Assembly (NCBI GenBank): GCA_043827405.1
Contig: JBDRPD010000025.1
Coordinates: 24,238 to 88,237, forward strand
Direction of reading: 5' to 3'
Length of the DNA: 64,000 nucleotides
DNA from: Elusimicrobiota bacterium
GTDB lineage: Bacteria > Elusimicrobiota > Elusimicrobia > UBA1565
Made by a program: the position numbers and the translations under genes. Below are positions 30,800-40,514 of this stretch, in pieces. The notes below the pieces were generated by a model. The model saw only the letters and a list, made by a program, of their open reading frames with translations, had not been told where the DNA came from and made no database searches. Numbering within the stretch: the first letter of the stretch is position 1; the number at the start of each line of letters is the position of its first letter.

Positions 30800-31095
30800 T
30801 TTGGGCACTTGCCGGGCTGTGTTTTGCCGTTCACGCCGCACTTGGGCATGGGGCAGTGATAGGTCGCTTTGCTGCCGTCCGCTTTCTTGGCGGCCAGGAA
30901 CATCCCGCACTTTGGGCATTTGCCCGGGCGCTCCTTGCCGCTGACGCCGCACTCGGGCATGGGGCAGAAGTAGGTGGCGGACGCCTGGGCGCTCTTATGG
31001 TCATGAGTCGACGGTGCCTGCGGCTCTCCGGAGCAGGCGCTAAGCAACAGAGCTCCGGCGAACGCAAATCCGGTCAGCATCCGGGTTATCTTCAT
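30763..31095 (-). CDS. Lipoprotein with two heavy-metal-binding repeats
   Basis: Lipobox LSAC; two copies of YxCPMPxC...PGKCPKCGMFL. Confidence 0.82.
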   Translation of the reverse strand: MKITRMLTGFAFAGALLLSACSGEPQAPSTHDHKSAQASATYFCPMPECGVSGKERPGKCPKCGMFLAAKKADGSKATYHCPMPKCGVNGKTQPGKCPKCGMFLIAEPGE

Positions 31096-31182
31096 GCTGC
31101 CGATGTTTTAGCATTACTAAGCGGGATCAGGCGAGGCGGGAAATGGCTGCGGGAACGGAACCAAGACACATAACAGGTATTA

Positions 31183-32709
31183 TCAGTAGAGAGGCAGGTC
31201 GGGGGATGGGGACGCGAAAACCGGAGTTTGCTCCCTGTTTTGCCGCCGCGCAGCCCGCCGGACTTCCTTGAGCGTATAGTCGTGCAATTCCCTCAGCGTT
31301 ACCTGCTTATCGCCGTTCAGGTCGGCCTCGCCCTTAAGACCTTTAAGCAGATAGTAGGTAAACATGCCGTGGCCCTGCTCCTCAAGACTGCCCGCGACCT
31401 CGCTTCCGGCGGCGGCCGACAGCACCGACAACCGGCCGCTCTGCGGCGCGCTCGTTTGCACTTCCATAACCAAAGGCCGCATGCCTTTGGCGATTACGGA
31501 ACGTCCGCCGGCGCCGGAGAAGCAGGCGTCCAGCAGCACGATATTTTCCTTGGACTTCAGCTTGCTCATGGACGCGTAGAGCTTGGCGAGAGGATAGCCG
31601 CTTGATTTCAGGAAGCTTGGATCGCCGTCCCACGGCAGGATGTACGCCGTTCCCCGCTCGGGGTCCGGCGCCCCGTGGCCGGAGTAGTAAAAATACACGC
31701 GGGACTCGGACGTGATGTTGCGGGGGAGCCATTCCTCCAAATACTTGGTGATCCCGGTGCGGGTAGCGCGCCTCCCGGTGAGTAAAATGACGTTCTCCTC
31801 CGGAACGCCCAGGCGAATGATGTGCTTTTTGATCGCCTCCGCGTCGCGCTGGCCGTGATCGGCGTCGGGAACGTTTTGGTATTTTTCAATGCCGACGATA
31901 AGCGCGAAGTCGTTCTCGCGCTCGCGCGCGGCGCCCGGCATAGGCTCATCGACATCGGAAGCATAGCGCGTCGCGGACGGGACCTCCGCCGCCGTTTCCG
32001 TCCGGGAACTTTCCCCAAGGCGCACGGTGCCGGTCCGCTGACTCCGCTGGGCATGGCGCACGAGGGTTTCCATTTCCTCCCGCAGAACCGCGAGAGCTCC
32101 CTGCAGATCGGGGTTCTGCAAAGCCGCCTTGCCGCCCAATTGGAGGGCGTCTTCGGCGGTGACGGGGTCTTGGTCGTAGTGCTTGGCGAGGCGGTTTCTT
32201 GCCGTTTGCGCGTTCCCGTAATAATCCGCTTCAAGCAGCATCCATAAAGTCTGCGCCGAGAGTTTGCCGCGGGACTGCAAATCCTCCTTCGCCGCGTTCT
32301 CCGCCGGGATGCTTTTCATCTCTATCGCGCGATTGCGCACGAAAGCGACCTTATGTTTAAGCGCCTCTCTTGGGAGGATCGCGGCGTAGGCGTCGGCCAG
32401 CGCCCACTCTTCATAGCGCTTCTCGTCGGCGGGGCTGCTCCCCATGCCCCGCATGACATGGCGGACCTCGGTCGTTTTTGTTTGCTCGTCGTACTTGAAA
32501 TAGAATTTAAAGGATACCCCGATCATGCCGGCTTTAAAGTAGTCCTTCTTGCGCGTGATCCGGTAAGAGACGTTGTCGTTATAAAAAACCTTGGCGAGCT
32601 GCTCGTAGACTCTTTCCTGGGGAGCTTCAAACACCAAGGTCGTGCCTTTTGCCTCGGCGCGGCCGATACAGCAGGACGCCAAAACCGCGGAAATCAGGAG
32701 TTTCTTCAT
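31183..32709 (-). CDS. Secreted caspase-like peptidase (C14 family)
   Basis: Signal peptide; ALIVGIEKY, YSGHG, LDACFSG, HGMFTYYLL, QTP. Confidence 0.88.
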   Translation of the reverse strand: MKKLLISAVLASCCIGRAEAKGTTLVFEAPQERVYEQLAKVFYNDNVSYRITRKKDYFKAGMIGVSFKFYFKYDEQTKTTEVRHVMRGMGSSPADEKRYEEWALADAYAAILPREALKHKVAFVRNRAIEMKSIPAENAAKEDLQSRGKLSAQTLWMLLEADYYGNAQTARNRLAKHYDQDPVTAEDALQLGGKAALQNPDLQGALAVLREEMETLVRHAQRSQRTGTVRLGESSRTETAAEVPSATRYASDVDEPMPGAARERENDFALIVGIEKYQNVPDADHGQRDAEAIKKHIIRLGVPEENVILLTGRRATRTGITKYLEEWLPRNITSESRVYFYYSGHGAPDPERGTAYILPWDGDPSFLKSSGYPLAKLYASMSKLKSKENIVLLDACFSGAGGRSVIAKGMRPLVMEVQTSAPQSGRLSVLSAAAGSEVAGSLEEQGHGMFTYYLLKGLKGEADLNGDKQVTLRELHDYTLKEVRRAARRQNREQTPVFASPSPDLPLY

Positions 32710-32774
32710 GGGACTATTTTAGCTAATCGCCAACGCCCGCAGGATGGGCGGGGGCTCAGTTCTGTGCGGCCCCC

Positions 32775-33662
32775 CTACTTCGCCCCGATCACCGCCGATC
32801 CCGGAGCGGATTTAACATGCAGGTCCCGCTGCGGGAACGGGATCTCGATCCCGTTCTTGCGCAGGGCGCTCTCCAGCGCGTAGTACAGGTCGCTTTTCAC
32901 CACGAACTGCCACGCGGCCTCGTCGATCCAAACCAACAGGTCGAAATCCAGGGAAGAGTCTCCGAAGCCCAAAAAGCGCAGCTCCGGCTCCGGCCGCGGC
33001 AAGACCCGATCCACTCCGCGCGCCGTCTCGACCGCGACTTTGCGCAGCCGGGGGATGTCGCTGCCGTAGGCCACGCCGAACGGGACGTGGAGCCGGATCT
33101 TGGGATCGCCGTGCGACCAGTTGATCACGTGCTCCTGGACCAGAAGCGAATTCGGCAGTATCAGCGTGATGTTATCGAACGTCTCCACCACGGTCGAACG
33201 AATCCCGATATTGGTAACCGTCCCGATATGTTCCTGTATGCTGACCTTATCGCCCACGCGCACCGGCTGCTCGAGCAGCAGGATAAGTCCGGAAACGAAG
33301 TTCTCGGTGACGTTTTTCAAGCCGAAGCCCAAGCCGACGCCGAGAAAGCCGCCGATCACCGTCACGCTGGTGAGCTGAAAACCCATCGTCTGCAGCGCCA
33401 CCATGACCGCGGTGACGACGATCAGGTAGTGCGTGATCCGCATCACGGCGTAGCCCGGCCCGCGGCTGAACACCTCCCGGTCCTTAAAGCGCAGCAAAAC
33501 CAGACGGCGCAGCATGCGCGAGGCCGTGAAGCCCACATAGATGATAACCGCCGCGATGATAAGAGACAGGATGCTGACCTTGGCCTCGCCGAACACGAGG
33601 AACGGCGTGATGACCGCCGTCCTCAGGAAATCAAGGCTGGAAAGGTAGTGGCGCATGTTCAT
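32775..33662 (-). CDS. mscS: Small-conductance mechanosensitive channel
   Basis: GVGLGFGL, NFVSGLILL, GVAYGSD, GIEIPFPQRD. Confidence 0.92.
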   Translation of the reverse strand: MNMRHYLSSLDFLRTAVITPFLVFGEAKVSILSLIIAAVIIYVGFTASRMLRRLVLLRFKDREVFSRGPGYAVMRITHYLIVVTAVMVALQTMGFQLTSVTVIGGFLGVGLGFGLKNVTENFVSGLILLLEQPVRVGDKVSIQEHIGTVTNIGIRSTVVETFDNITLILPNSLLVQEHVINWSHGDPKIRLHVPFGVAYGSDIPRLRKVAVETARGVDRVLPRPEPELRFLGFGDSSLDFDLLVWIDEAAWQFVVKSDLYYALESALRKNGIEIPFPQRDLHVKSAPGSAVIGAK

Positions 33663-34002
33663 GCCCGACAGTATATATTAACGCGCAGGTGATCTCGGTT
33701 TCGCTGACCGGGTCCGAGGCGTCGCGGGGCCGCAAATGCTAGCATGGGCGAGCATGGGGAAATTCGAAACCCAGGTGCGGCTCAGCCGCGAGATGACGCT
33801 GCTCTCGGTCACCATGATCGGCGTCGGCGCCTCTTTAAGGAAGAGGTTCGGGCGCCCGAAGAGGAGTAGGGCGCGGCGGGGATTTCCGATCTCGGCCATT
33901 GGCAGAACAGCGGCCAGAAAACGGTTGAGAATGATTCTAGACCCCGTTTAGATGGAATTTAGACCGCCTTTATATACTAATCCCAGGAAGCAAGGAGGCC
34001 CT

Positions 34003-34440
34003 ATGCCCTTTACGCAAGTAAGCGATATCCTGGGAAGGACCCAGAAGTACCACCACCAGCTCGCGGTCTACTATCGCAAAATTCGGCGGACCACGGACCG
34101 GGAGCTGGTCCGGCTGCTGGCCGATGACCTATCAAAGCGGCAGCGCTTCCTCGGCCGCCAGCTGAAATTATTCCGCAAGCCGGTCAAGGATTCCTGGATG
34201 CAGTACGATCCCTCTTACGATCTCGAGCGGGTGATAAATGAGCTCGACCCTCGCAAGAAGCAGGAGCTGGAGGACCTGTTCGACGCCGGCATCGAGCTCA
34301 ACCGCCGGCTCATCAAGTACTACTGCCGCGTGGCCGAGATCGCGCCGACCACGGAGATGAAGGAGCTGTTCAAAGCGCTGGAGCGCTACCAGCTTGAAGG
34401 CCAGCGGGCGCTCGCCAACTCAGTTCAGCAGGTCCAATAG
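34003..34440 (+). CDS. Hypothetical helical (ferritin-like) protein
   Basis: AAGGAGG RBS before the ATG; four-helix pattern. Confidence 0.6.
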   Translation: MPFTQVSDILGRTQKYHHQLAVYYRKIRRTTDRELVRLLADDLSKRQRFLGRQLKLFRKPVKDSWMQYDPSYDLERVINELDPRKKQELEDLFDAGIELNRRLIKYYCRVAEIAPTTEMKELFKALERYQLEGQRALANSVQQVQ

Positions 34441-34445
34441 CGCGC

Positions 34446-35213
34446 TCAGAAGTTGTCGTCGCAGGGAATGGAGATCTCGGCCTGCTGACCTTTGGCGCAG
34501 CTTACCCTGAAGCTCTTCTCCGGGAAGTGGCCCGAGCACATGGTCGCGTCCACCCGGCACTCTCCGCCGTCGGGGGCGGCGAAGCGCTGGTTGAAGGGAA
34601 ACGAGCAGTTGGGCTTGAAGTCGAAGTAGTCGCGGCCGACCCGCACCCTGATATCCATCGACATCCAGCCTTCGGCGCACTCGTCCCAGTCCGGCTTGAT
34701 CAGAATGTCGCCGCGGGACTCCCCGGCACAGGGGACGTCGAAGCCGACTTCGAGGCCGTCGCTGCATTCAATTTCAAACCTTCTCTCGGGCGACCAGGTG
34801 GTGCACATGCCGGCCTTCACCTCGCACTCGCGTCCCTTCTTGGTGGTGAATTCCTCGTCGAAGCTGTGGCCGCAGCCGGGGTTGAAGTCGAAGACCTCGC
34901 CGTCTAAATCGACCTGAATATCCATGCTCATCCAGCCGTCGACGCAGGCCAGCCAGTCCGTCCGGAAGGTGACGTCGTCCGCTTCAATGACGCGGCGGGA
35001 GGAGAGCTTCTTGACGGCGGGAGCGCCTTGCAGTTTCTTCGCCGCCTGGGCGGACTTGCGCCCGAGCGACTTTACCGCGGCGTTGAGCTCTTTGACGGAC
35101 TTGAGCTTCACCGGCGTCTTGAAAGACGTCTCGGTTTCGTCGGCGGCACCGGCGGCTCCGATTGACAGCACCAGCAGGAAGCCCGCATAAATCCATAGGC
35201 GAATATTTTTCAT
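34446..35213 (-). CDS. Secreted protein with two tandem six-cysteine domains
   Basis: GGAGG RBS, signal peptide, two ~85-aa repeats sharing GWMSMDI. Confidence 0.7.
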   Translation of the reverse strand: MKNIRLWIYAGFLLVLSIGAAGAADETETSFKTPVKLKSVKELNAAVKSLGRKSAQAAKKLQGAPAVKKLSSRRVIEADDVTFRTDWLACVDGWMSMDIQVDLDGEVFDFNPGCGHSFDEEFTTKKGRECEVKAGMCTTWSPERRFEIECSDGLEVGFDVPCAGESRGDILIKPDWDECAEGWMSMDIRVRVGRDYFDFKPNCSFPFNQRFAAPDGGECRVDATMCSGHFPEKSFRVSCAKGQQAEISIPCDDNF

Positions 35214-35381
35214 AGCTCCACCTCCGAACTGACAGTATAAGGGCAAGTCCCATTAAAGAAGCAGGACCGCGAGGCCCAGGGCGCGCTAGGCCGAAAGTCC
35301 TATGCCGCTTCCGGCAGAGTAATGTGATCGGCAAGCGGGGAAAGAAAAAGCAGGCGGCGATAGAGCCCGCCTCCACCGCCC

Positions 35382-35399
35382 CCTTGACTTGAGTCAAGG
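35382..35399. promoter_or_regulatory. CRP/FNR-family (HcpR/Dnr-like) binding site upstream of hcp
   Basis: CCTTGAC-TTGA-GTCAAGG inverted repeat. Confidence 0.75.
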
Positions 35400-35456
35400 C
35401 CTACCCCTGCGTGATGGGCGACAATGGAGAACATAAATCATCCAGGAGGAACTGCA

Positions 35457-37070
35457 ATGAAGATGTTCTGCAACCAGTGCGAACAGACGGTCCGCGGAAA
35501 GGGCTGCGACACCATAGGCGTCTGCGGAAAGACCCCCGAGAACTCCGGCATCATGGACGAGCTGATCCATACCTGCCACGAGATCTCCCAATACGCTTTT
35601 GCCGCCGGCAAGCTCGGCAAGACGGAGAAAAAAGTCGACGTATTTCTAGTGCAGGCCCTATTCACGACCGTCACCAATGTCAACTTCGATCCCGACAACC
35701 TGCGCAACTGGACCGCTGAATCCCGCGCCATGCTGCAGCTCGCGAAGAATACATACGCTGCAGCGGCCGGCGATACTCAGCCGATCGTCCCGGCGGCCAT
35801 CGAGACTTTCCCGGCCGAGGGAATTGAGAAGCACGGCCCCGACGTCGCCGGACTCCAGCAGATGATCCTATACGGTCTTAAGGGAATGGCCGCTTATGCC
35901 GATCATGCCCGGGTCCTGGGCGTGGAGGATGCCTCGGTATACGCTTTCTTTCACGAAGCCCTGGCGTTTCTCGCCGCAGATCCCACCGATATTGACGCCC
36001 TCACCGGAATGTCGCTGCGGGTGGGAGAGGTCAACCTGCGCGTTATGGAAATGCTCGACCGCGCCAATACCGATACCTACGGCCATCCTGAACCGACCGC
36101 GGTCCGGATCACGCCGCTCAAGGGAAAGGCTATCCTGGTCTCGGGACATGATCTCAAAGACCTCGAGGTGCTGCTGAAGATTACCGCGGGGACCGGCGTC
36201 AACGTCTACACCCACGGCGAGATGCTTCCCGGCAACGCCTATCCCGGTCTCAAAAAGTATCCGCACCTGGCCGGCAATTTCGGCGGCGCCTGGCAGGACC
36301 AGCAGAAGGAATTCGCAACCTTCCCCGGCCCCATCCTGATGACGACCAACTGCATCCAGAAGCCGCGCGCGAGCTATATGGACCGCATTTACACCACCGG
36401 ACTCGTGGCCTGGCCCGGAGTCCGGCACCTCGAGCATGCGCAGTTCGACGTTCTGATCGCGGCGGCGAAAAAAGAAGCCGGGTTCGCCGAAGACGCCCCC
36501 GAGAAGCGGATCACCATCGGCTTCGCCCGCAACGCCGTCATGGGCGCCGCGGAAAAGGTCGTGGCGGCGGTCAAGGCGGGAAAGCTGCGCCGCTTCTTCC
36601 TGATCGGCGGCTGCGACGCCGCCAAGCCGGGACGCAGCTATTACACCGAACTGGCCCAGGCCGTGCCGCAAGACTGCGCCATCCTGACTCTGGCCTGCGG
36701 CAAATACCGGTTCAATAAAATGGAGTTCGGCGATATCGACGGGATTCCGCGCCTGCTCGACGTCGGCCAATGCAATGACGCCCATTCCGCGATCCAGATC
36801 GCCCTGGCGCTGGCCAAGGCCTTCGATTGCGGGGTCAACGACCTGCCGCTATCCATGATCCTGAGCTGGTATGAGCAGAAGGCGGTATGCATCCTGCTGT
36901 CTTTGCTTCACCTGGGAATCAGGGGAATTCGGCTGGGGCCGACCTTGCCGGCCTTCGTGGGTCCGGAAGTCCTCAAGGTTCTATCCGAGAAATTCGACCT
37001 CAAGCCCATCACCACGGCGGAGCAGGATCTCAAGGACATCCTGCCGGAGAGGGAATTGGCAGCGGCCTAA
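35457..37070 (+). CDS. hcp: Hybrid cluster protein (hydroxylamine/NO reductase)
   Basis: MFCNQCEQT...GC...GVCGK, SGHDL, YTHGEMLP, TTNC, GGCD, GQCND, SWYEQKA. Confidence 0.96.
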   Translation: MKMFCNQCEQTVRGKGCDTIGVCGKTPENSGIMDELIHTCHEISQYAFAAGKLGKTEKKVDVFLVQALFTTVTNVNFDPDNLRNWTAESRAMLQLAKNTYAAAAGDTQPIVPAAIETFPAEGIEKHGPDVAGLQQMILYGLKGMAAYADHARVLGVEDASVYAFFHEALAFLAADPTDIDALTGMSLRVGEVNLRVMEMLDRANTDTYGHPEPTAVRITPLKGKAILVSGHDLKDLEVLLKITAGTGVNVYTHGEMLPGNAYPGLKKYPHLAGNFGGAWQDQQKEFATFPGPILMTTNCIQKPRASYMDRIYTTGLVAWPGVRHLEHAQFDVLIAAAKKEAGFAEDAPEKRITIGFARNAVMGAAEKVVAAVKAGKLRRFFLIGGCDAAKPGRSYYTELAQAVPQDCAILTLACGKYRFNKMEFGDIDGIPRLLDVGQCNDAHSAIQIALALAKAFDCGVNDLPLSMILSWYEQKAVCILLSLLHLGIRGIRLGPTLPAFVGPEVLKVLSEKFDLKPITTAEQDLKDILPERELAAA

Positions 37071-37084
37071 TCCCGCTACGGCGC

Positions 37085-37123
37085 AAAAACAGCGGCGGCG
37101 GATGCCCAAGGCTCCGCCGCCGT
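37085..37123. terminator. Probable bidirectional intrinsic terminator
   Basis: GCGGCGGCGGA/TCCGCCGCCGT stem, A tract on the left and T-rich tail on the right. Confidence 0.7.
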
Positions 37124-37261
37124 TTGCTTTCCCGAGACAGAAAAAGAAGGTTTTTGGGGTACAAAATCAGAGGGCGTGACAACTGGCGCCGTTGGATATC
37201 GACCGTTGTCCCGCCCTCGAATCCGTTGCCGGACCCCTCGAAAGGGCACCTCCTCGGCAAC
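37085..37261 (-). ncRNA. Candidate structured small RNA (~177 nt)
   Basis: TTGACG-16-TATACT promoter (37295-37268), two long hairpins, terminator; no credible ORF. Confidence 0.55.
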
Positions 37262-37360
37262 AATATTAGTATAGCCCCAAAATTTATTTCGTCAAGGGGA
37301 AATTTCCAGAAAATTCCAAGTTTCGTATACTACCTCAGCCGCCGTTCCGGGAGGCGTAAT

Positions 37361-37654
37361 ATGCCGAGGAAGAAACGCTGCACCTACTACGAATACCGCC
37401 TGCTGGTCTCGCCCAAGCGGCGCGGCCGCAAGATGCCGGTCAACCTCGGGGAGAAGTTTCTCGACGCCATCATCGCCAGCGCCGCCAAGCTCGAGCTCGA
37501 AGTCGTGGGCGGCTTCTACCCCCGGCCCACCCGGATCGACGGCAAGGGCAAGAGCGCCCTGCAGCGCCATCCCAATCCCACCCTCGTCCGCGCTGAGCCG
37601 AAAACCGCGACGAATAAGAAGAAGGATAGCGCCGCGGATTTGAGACTGTTTTAA
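37361..37654 (+). CDS. Small basic hypothetical protein (97 aa)
   Basis: GGGAGG RBS, ATG at 37361, upstream TATACT box, GC-rich codon usage. Confidence 0.6.
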   Translation: MPRKKRCTYYEYRLLVSPKRRGRKMPVNLGEKFLDAIIASAAKLELEVVGGFYPRPTRIDGKGKSALQRHPNPTLVRAEPKTATNKKKDSAADLRLF

Positions 37655-37717
37655 GGCCCGTCCGGTATACTCAAGCAAGCCGTACTTGGCTATTTTCTAT
37701 CTGCTCGGGAGGCCGTT

Positions 37718-38664
<947 letters not shown>

Positions 38665-38668
<4 letters not shown>

Positions 38669-39576
38669 AAGCAAAAAAGAAGAAGAGCGATAAATTTACC
38701 GACATTGTAGACGCCCTGTGCGCGGCGAGCTCGGACGCCGGCGAGCGCATGCGCCGGGGCCCCAACTCGAGCGGCCGCCCCCTGCCGTCGCGCAATACCG
38801 TCATCCGGATTGTCGACGACCTGCGCACCGTTTTCTTTCCGGGGTATTTCGGCTCCTCGCAGCTGCGCAGCGGAGACGAGAGCCTGCGCTATTATATCGG
38901 CTCCACCCTGAACCGTATCCGGGCCGAGCTCGACCCGCAGATTATGCGCGGCCTCTGCTTCGCCTGCGTCAAGCCGGCCGGCGCCTGCGCCCCCGGGCAC
39001 TGCGGCCGCGAGGCGGAAAAAAAGACCGCCGCCTTCGTGGCGCGCCTGTCCGAGATCCGGCGCCTGCTGGCCACCGACGTCCAGGCTCACTATGAGGGCG
39101 ACCCGGCCGCCACCAGCACCGACGAAGCCATCATCTGCTATCCCGGCATGCTGGCCATCACCAGCTACCGAATCGCGCATGAGCTGCACAAGCTGCGCGT
39201 ACCGCTGATCCCGCGCGTGATCACCGAGCACGCGCATTCGCTCACCGGCATCGACATCCATCCCGGGGCGCGCATCGGCGAGCGCTTCTTTATCGACCAC
39301 GGCACCGGCGTGGTCATCGGCGAGACCTGCGTTATCGGCGACGGCGTGCGCCTCTACCAGGGCGTCACCCTCGGCGCCAAGAGCTTCCCCAAGGATAAGA
39401 AAGGCAACCCCATCAAGGGCATCGCCCGGCACCCGATCGTCGAAGACGACGTGGTGATCTACTCAGGCGCCACCATCCTCGGCCGCGTAACCATCGGCAA
39501 GGGCTCGGTGATCGGCGGCAATGTCTGGCTCACCAAGGACGTCCCGCCGGGAAGCCGCGTCGCGCAGAAGGACTGA
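38665..39576 (+). CDS. cysE: Serine O-acetyltransferase
   Basis: [34 protein letters not shown]. Confidence 0.93.
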
Positions 39577-39586
39577 GGAGGAGCTT

Positions 39587-40507
39587 GTGCCAATAACTCG
39601 TCGCCGCTTTATTAAACTTGCCCTCTCCTCAGCAGCAGCGGGACTCGCTCCCGCAATCCCCAGCAGGCTGTGGGCCGCGGAGCCGACCCCCGCCGCCTAC
39701 CCCGACCTAGTTGCGGTCCGCGACGGTTCGCCGGTGCGCATGTTTGAGACCGGCATCCAGGCACTGGGCGGCCTATCGCGCTTCGTCAGGAAGGGGCAGA
39801 CCGTGCTGGTTAAGCCCAATATCGGCTGGGATAAAACGCCCACCGAAGGGGCCAATACCAATCCCGAACTGGTGGGCCGCATCGTAAAAGCGGCCTACGA
39901 GGCGGGCGCCAAGAAAGTCTACTGCTTCGACCATGGGGTTAATAAGGAAAAGGCCTGCCATAAACGCTCCGGGATCGCCGCGGCGGTCGAAGCCAACGGC
40001 GGCGAAATGCGCTCAGCCGATAAAAAGTCGCATTACCGCGAGGTGAAGCTCGACGGCGAAGTGCTGAAGAACGTCCTGGTTCATAAGCTGTATCTCGACA
40101 GCGACGTGGTCATCAACGTCCCCATCCTCAAAAGCCACGGCGGCGGACGGGTTACCGCATCGATTAAAAATCTTATGGGGGTGGTTTGGGACCGGCGCTT
40201 CTGGCACCGTCACGGCCTGCATCAGGCCATCGGCGAATTCATGCAGGTGCGCAAGCCCGATCTAAACGTCCTGGACGCCTATCTGGTCATGGTCAATAAC
40301 GGCCCGCGCGGCGTTTCGACCGATGACCTCCTGCTCAAGAAAATGCAGCTTCTATCGCCGGACCCGGTGCTGGCCGATACGGCCGGGGCCAAAGTCCTCG
40401 ACGTCCCTCCCGAGAATGTGAAGTACCTGGGAATCGCGCAGGGGCTGAAACTGGGAACCATGGACCTCAAAGGCAGCGACATTAAACGCATCTCGCTCGA
40501 AACCTGA
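39587..40507 (+). CDS. Tat-exported DUF362 family protein
   Basis: TRRRFIK Tat motif, VLVKPNI, NVPILKSH, KNLMG. Confidence 0.85.
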   Translation: MPITRRRFIKLALSSAAAGLAPAIPSRLWAAEPTPAAYPDLVAVRDGSPVRMFETGIQALGGLSRFVRKGQTVLVKPNIGWDKTPTEGANTNPELVGRIVKAAYEAGAKKVYCFDHGVNKEKACHKRSGIAAAVEANGGEMRSADKKSHYREVKLDGEVLKNVLVHKLYLDSDVVINVPILKSHGGGRVTASIKNLMGVVWDRRFWHRHGLHQAIGEFMQVRKPDLNVLDAYLVMVNNGPRGVSTDDLLLKKMQLLSPDPVLADTAGAKVLDVPPENVKYLGIAQGLKLGTMDLKGSDIKRISLET

Positions 40508-40514
40508 GGCCGCC

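Noticed and set aside
33678..33951. Short ORFs on both strands between mscS and the helical protein
   Set aside because: No recognisable motif or convincing RBS; cannot choose a frame
37085..37261. Reading the structured region as a c-di-AMP riboswitch, tRNA, 6S RNA or short peptide gene
   Set aside because: It lacks those consensus features, has no downstream gene on its strand, and AGGAGG directly abuts the only nearby GTG
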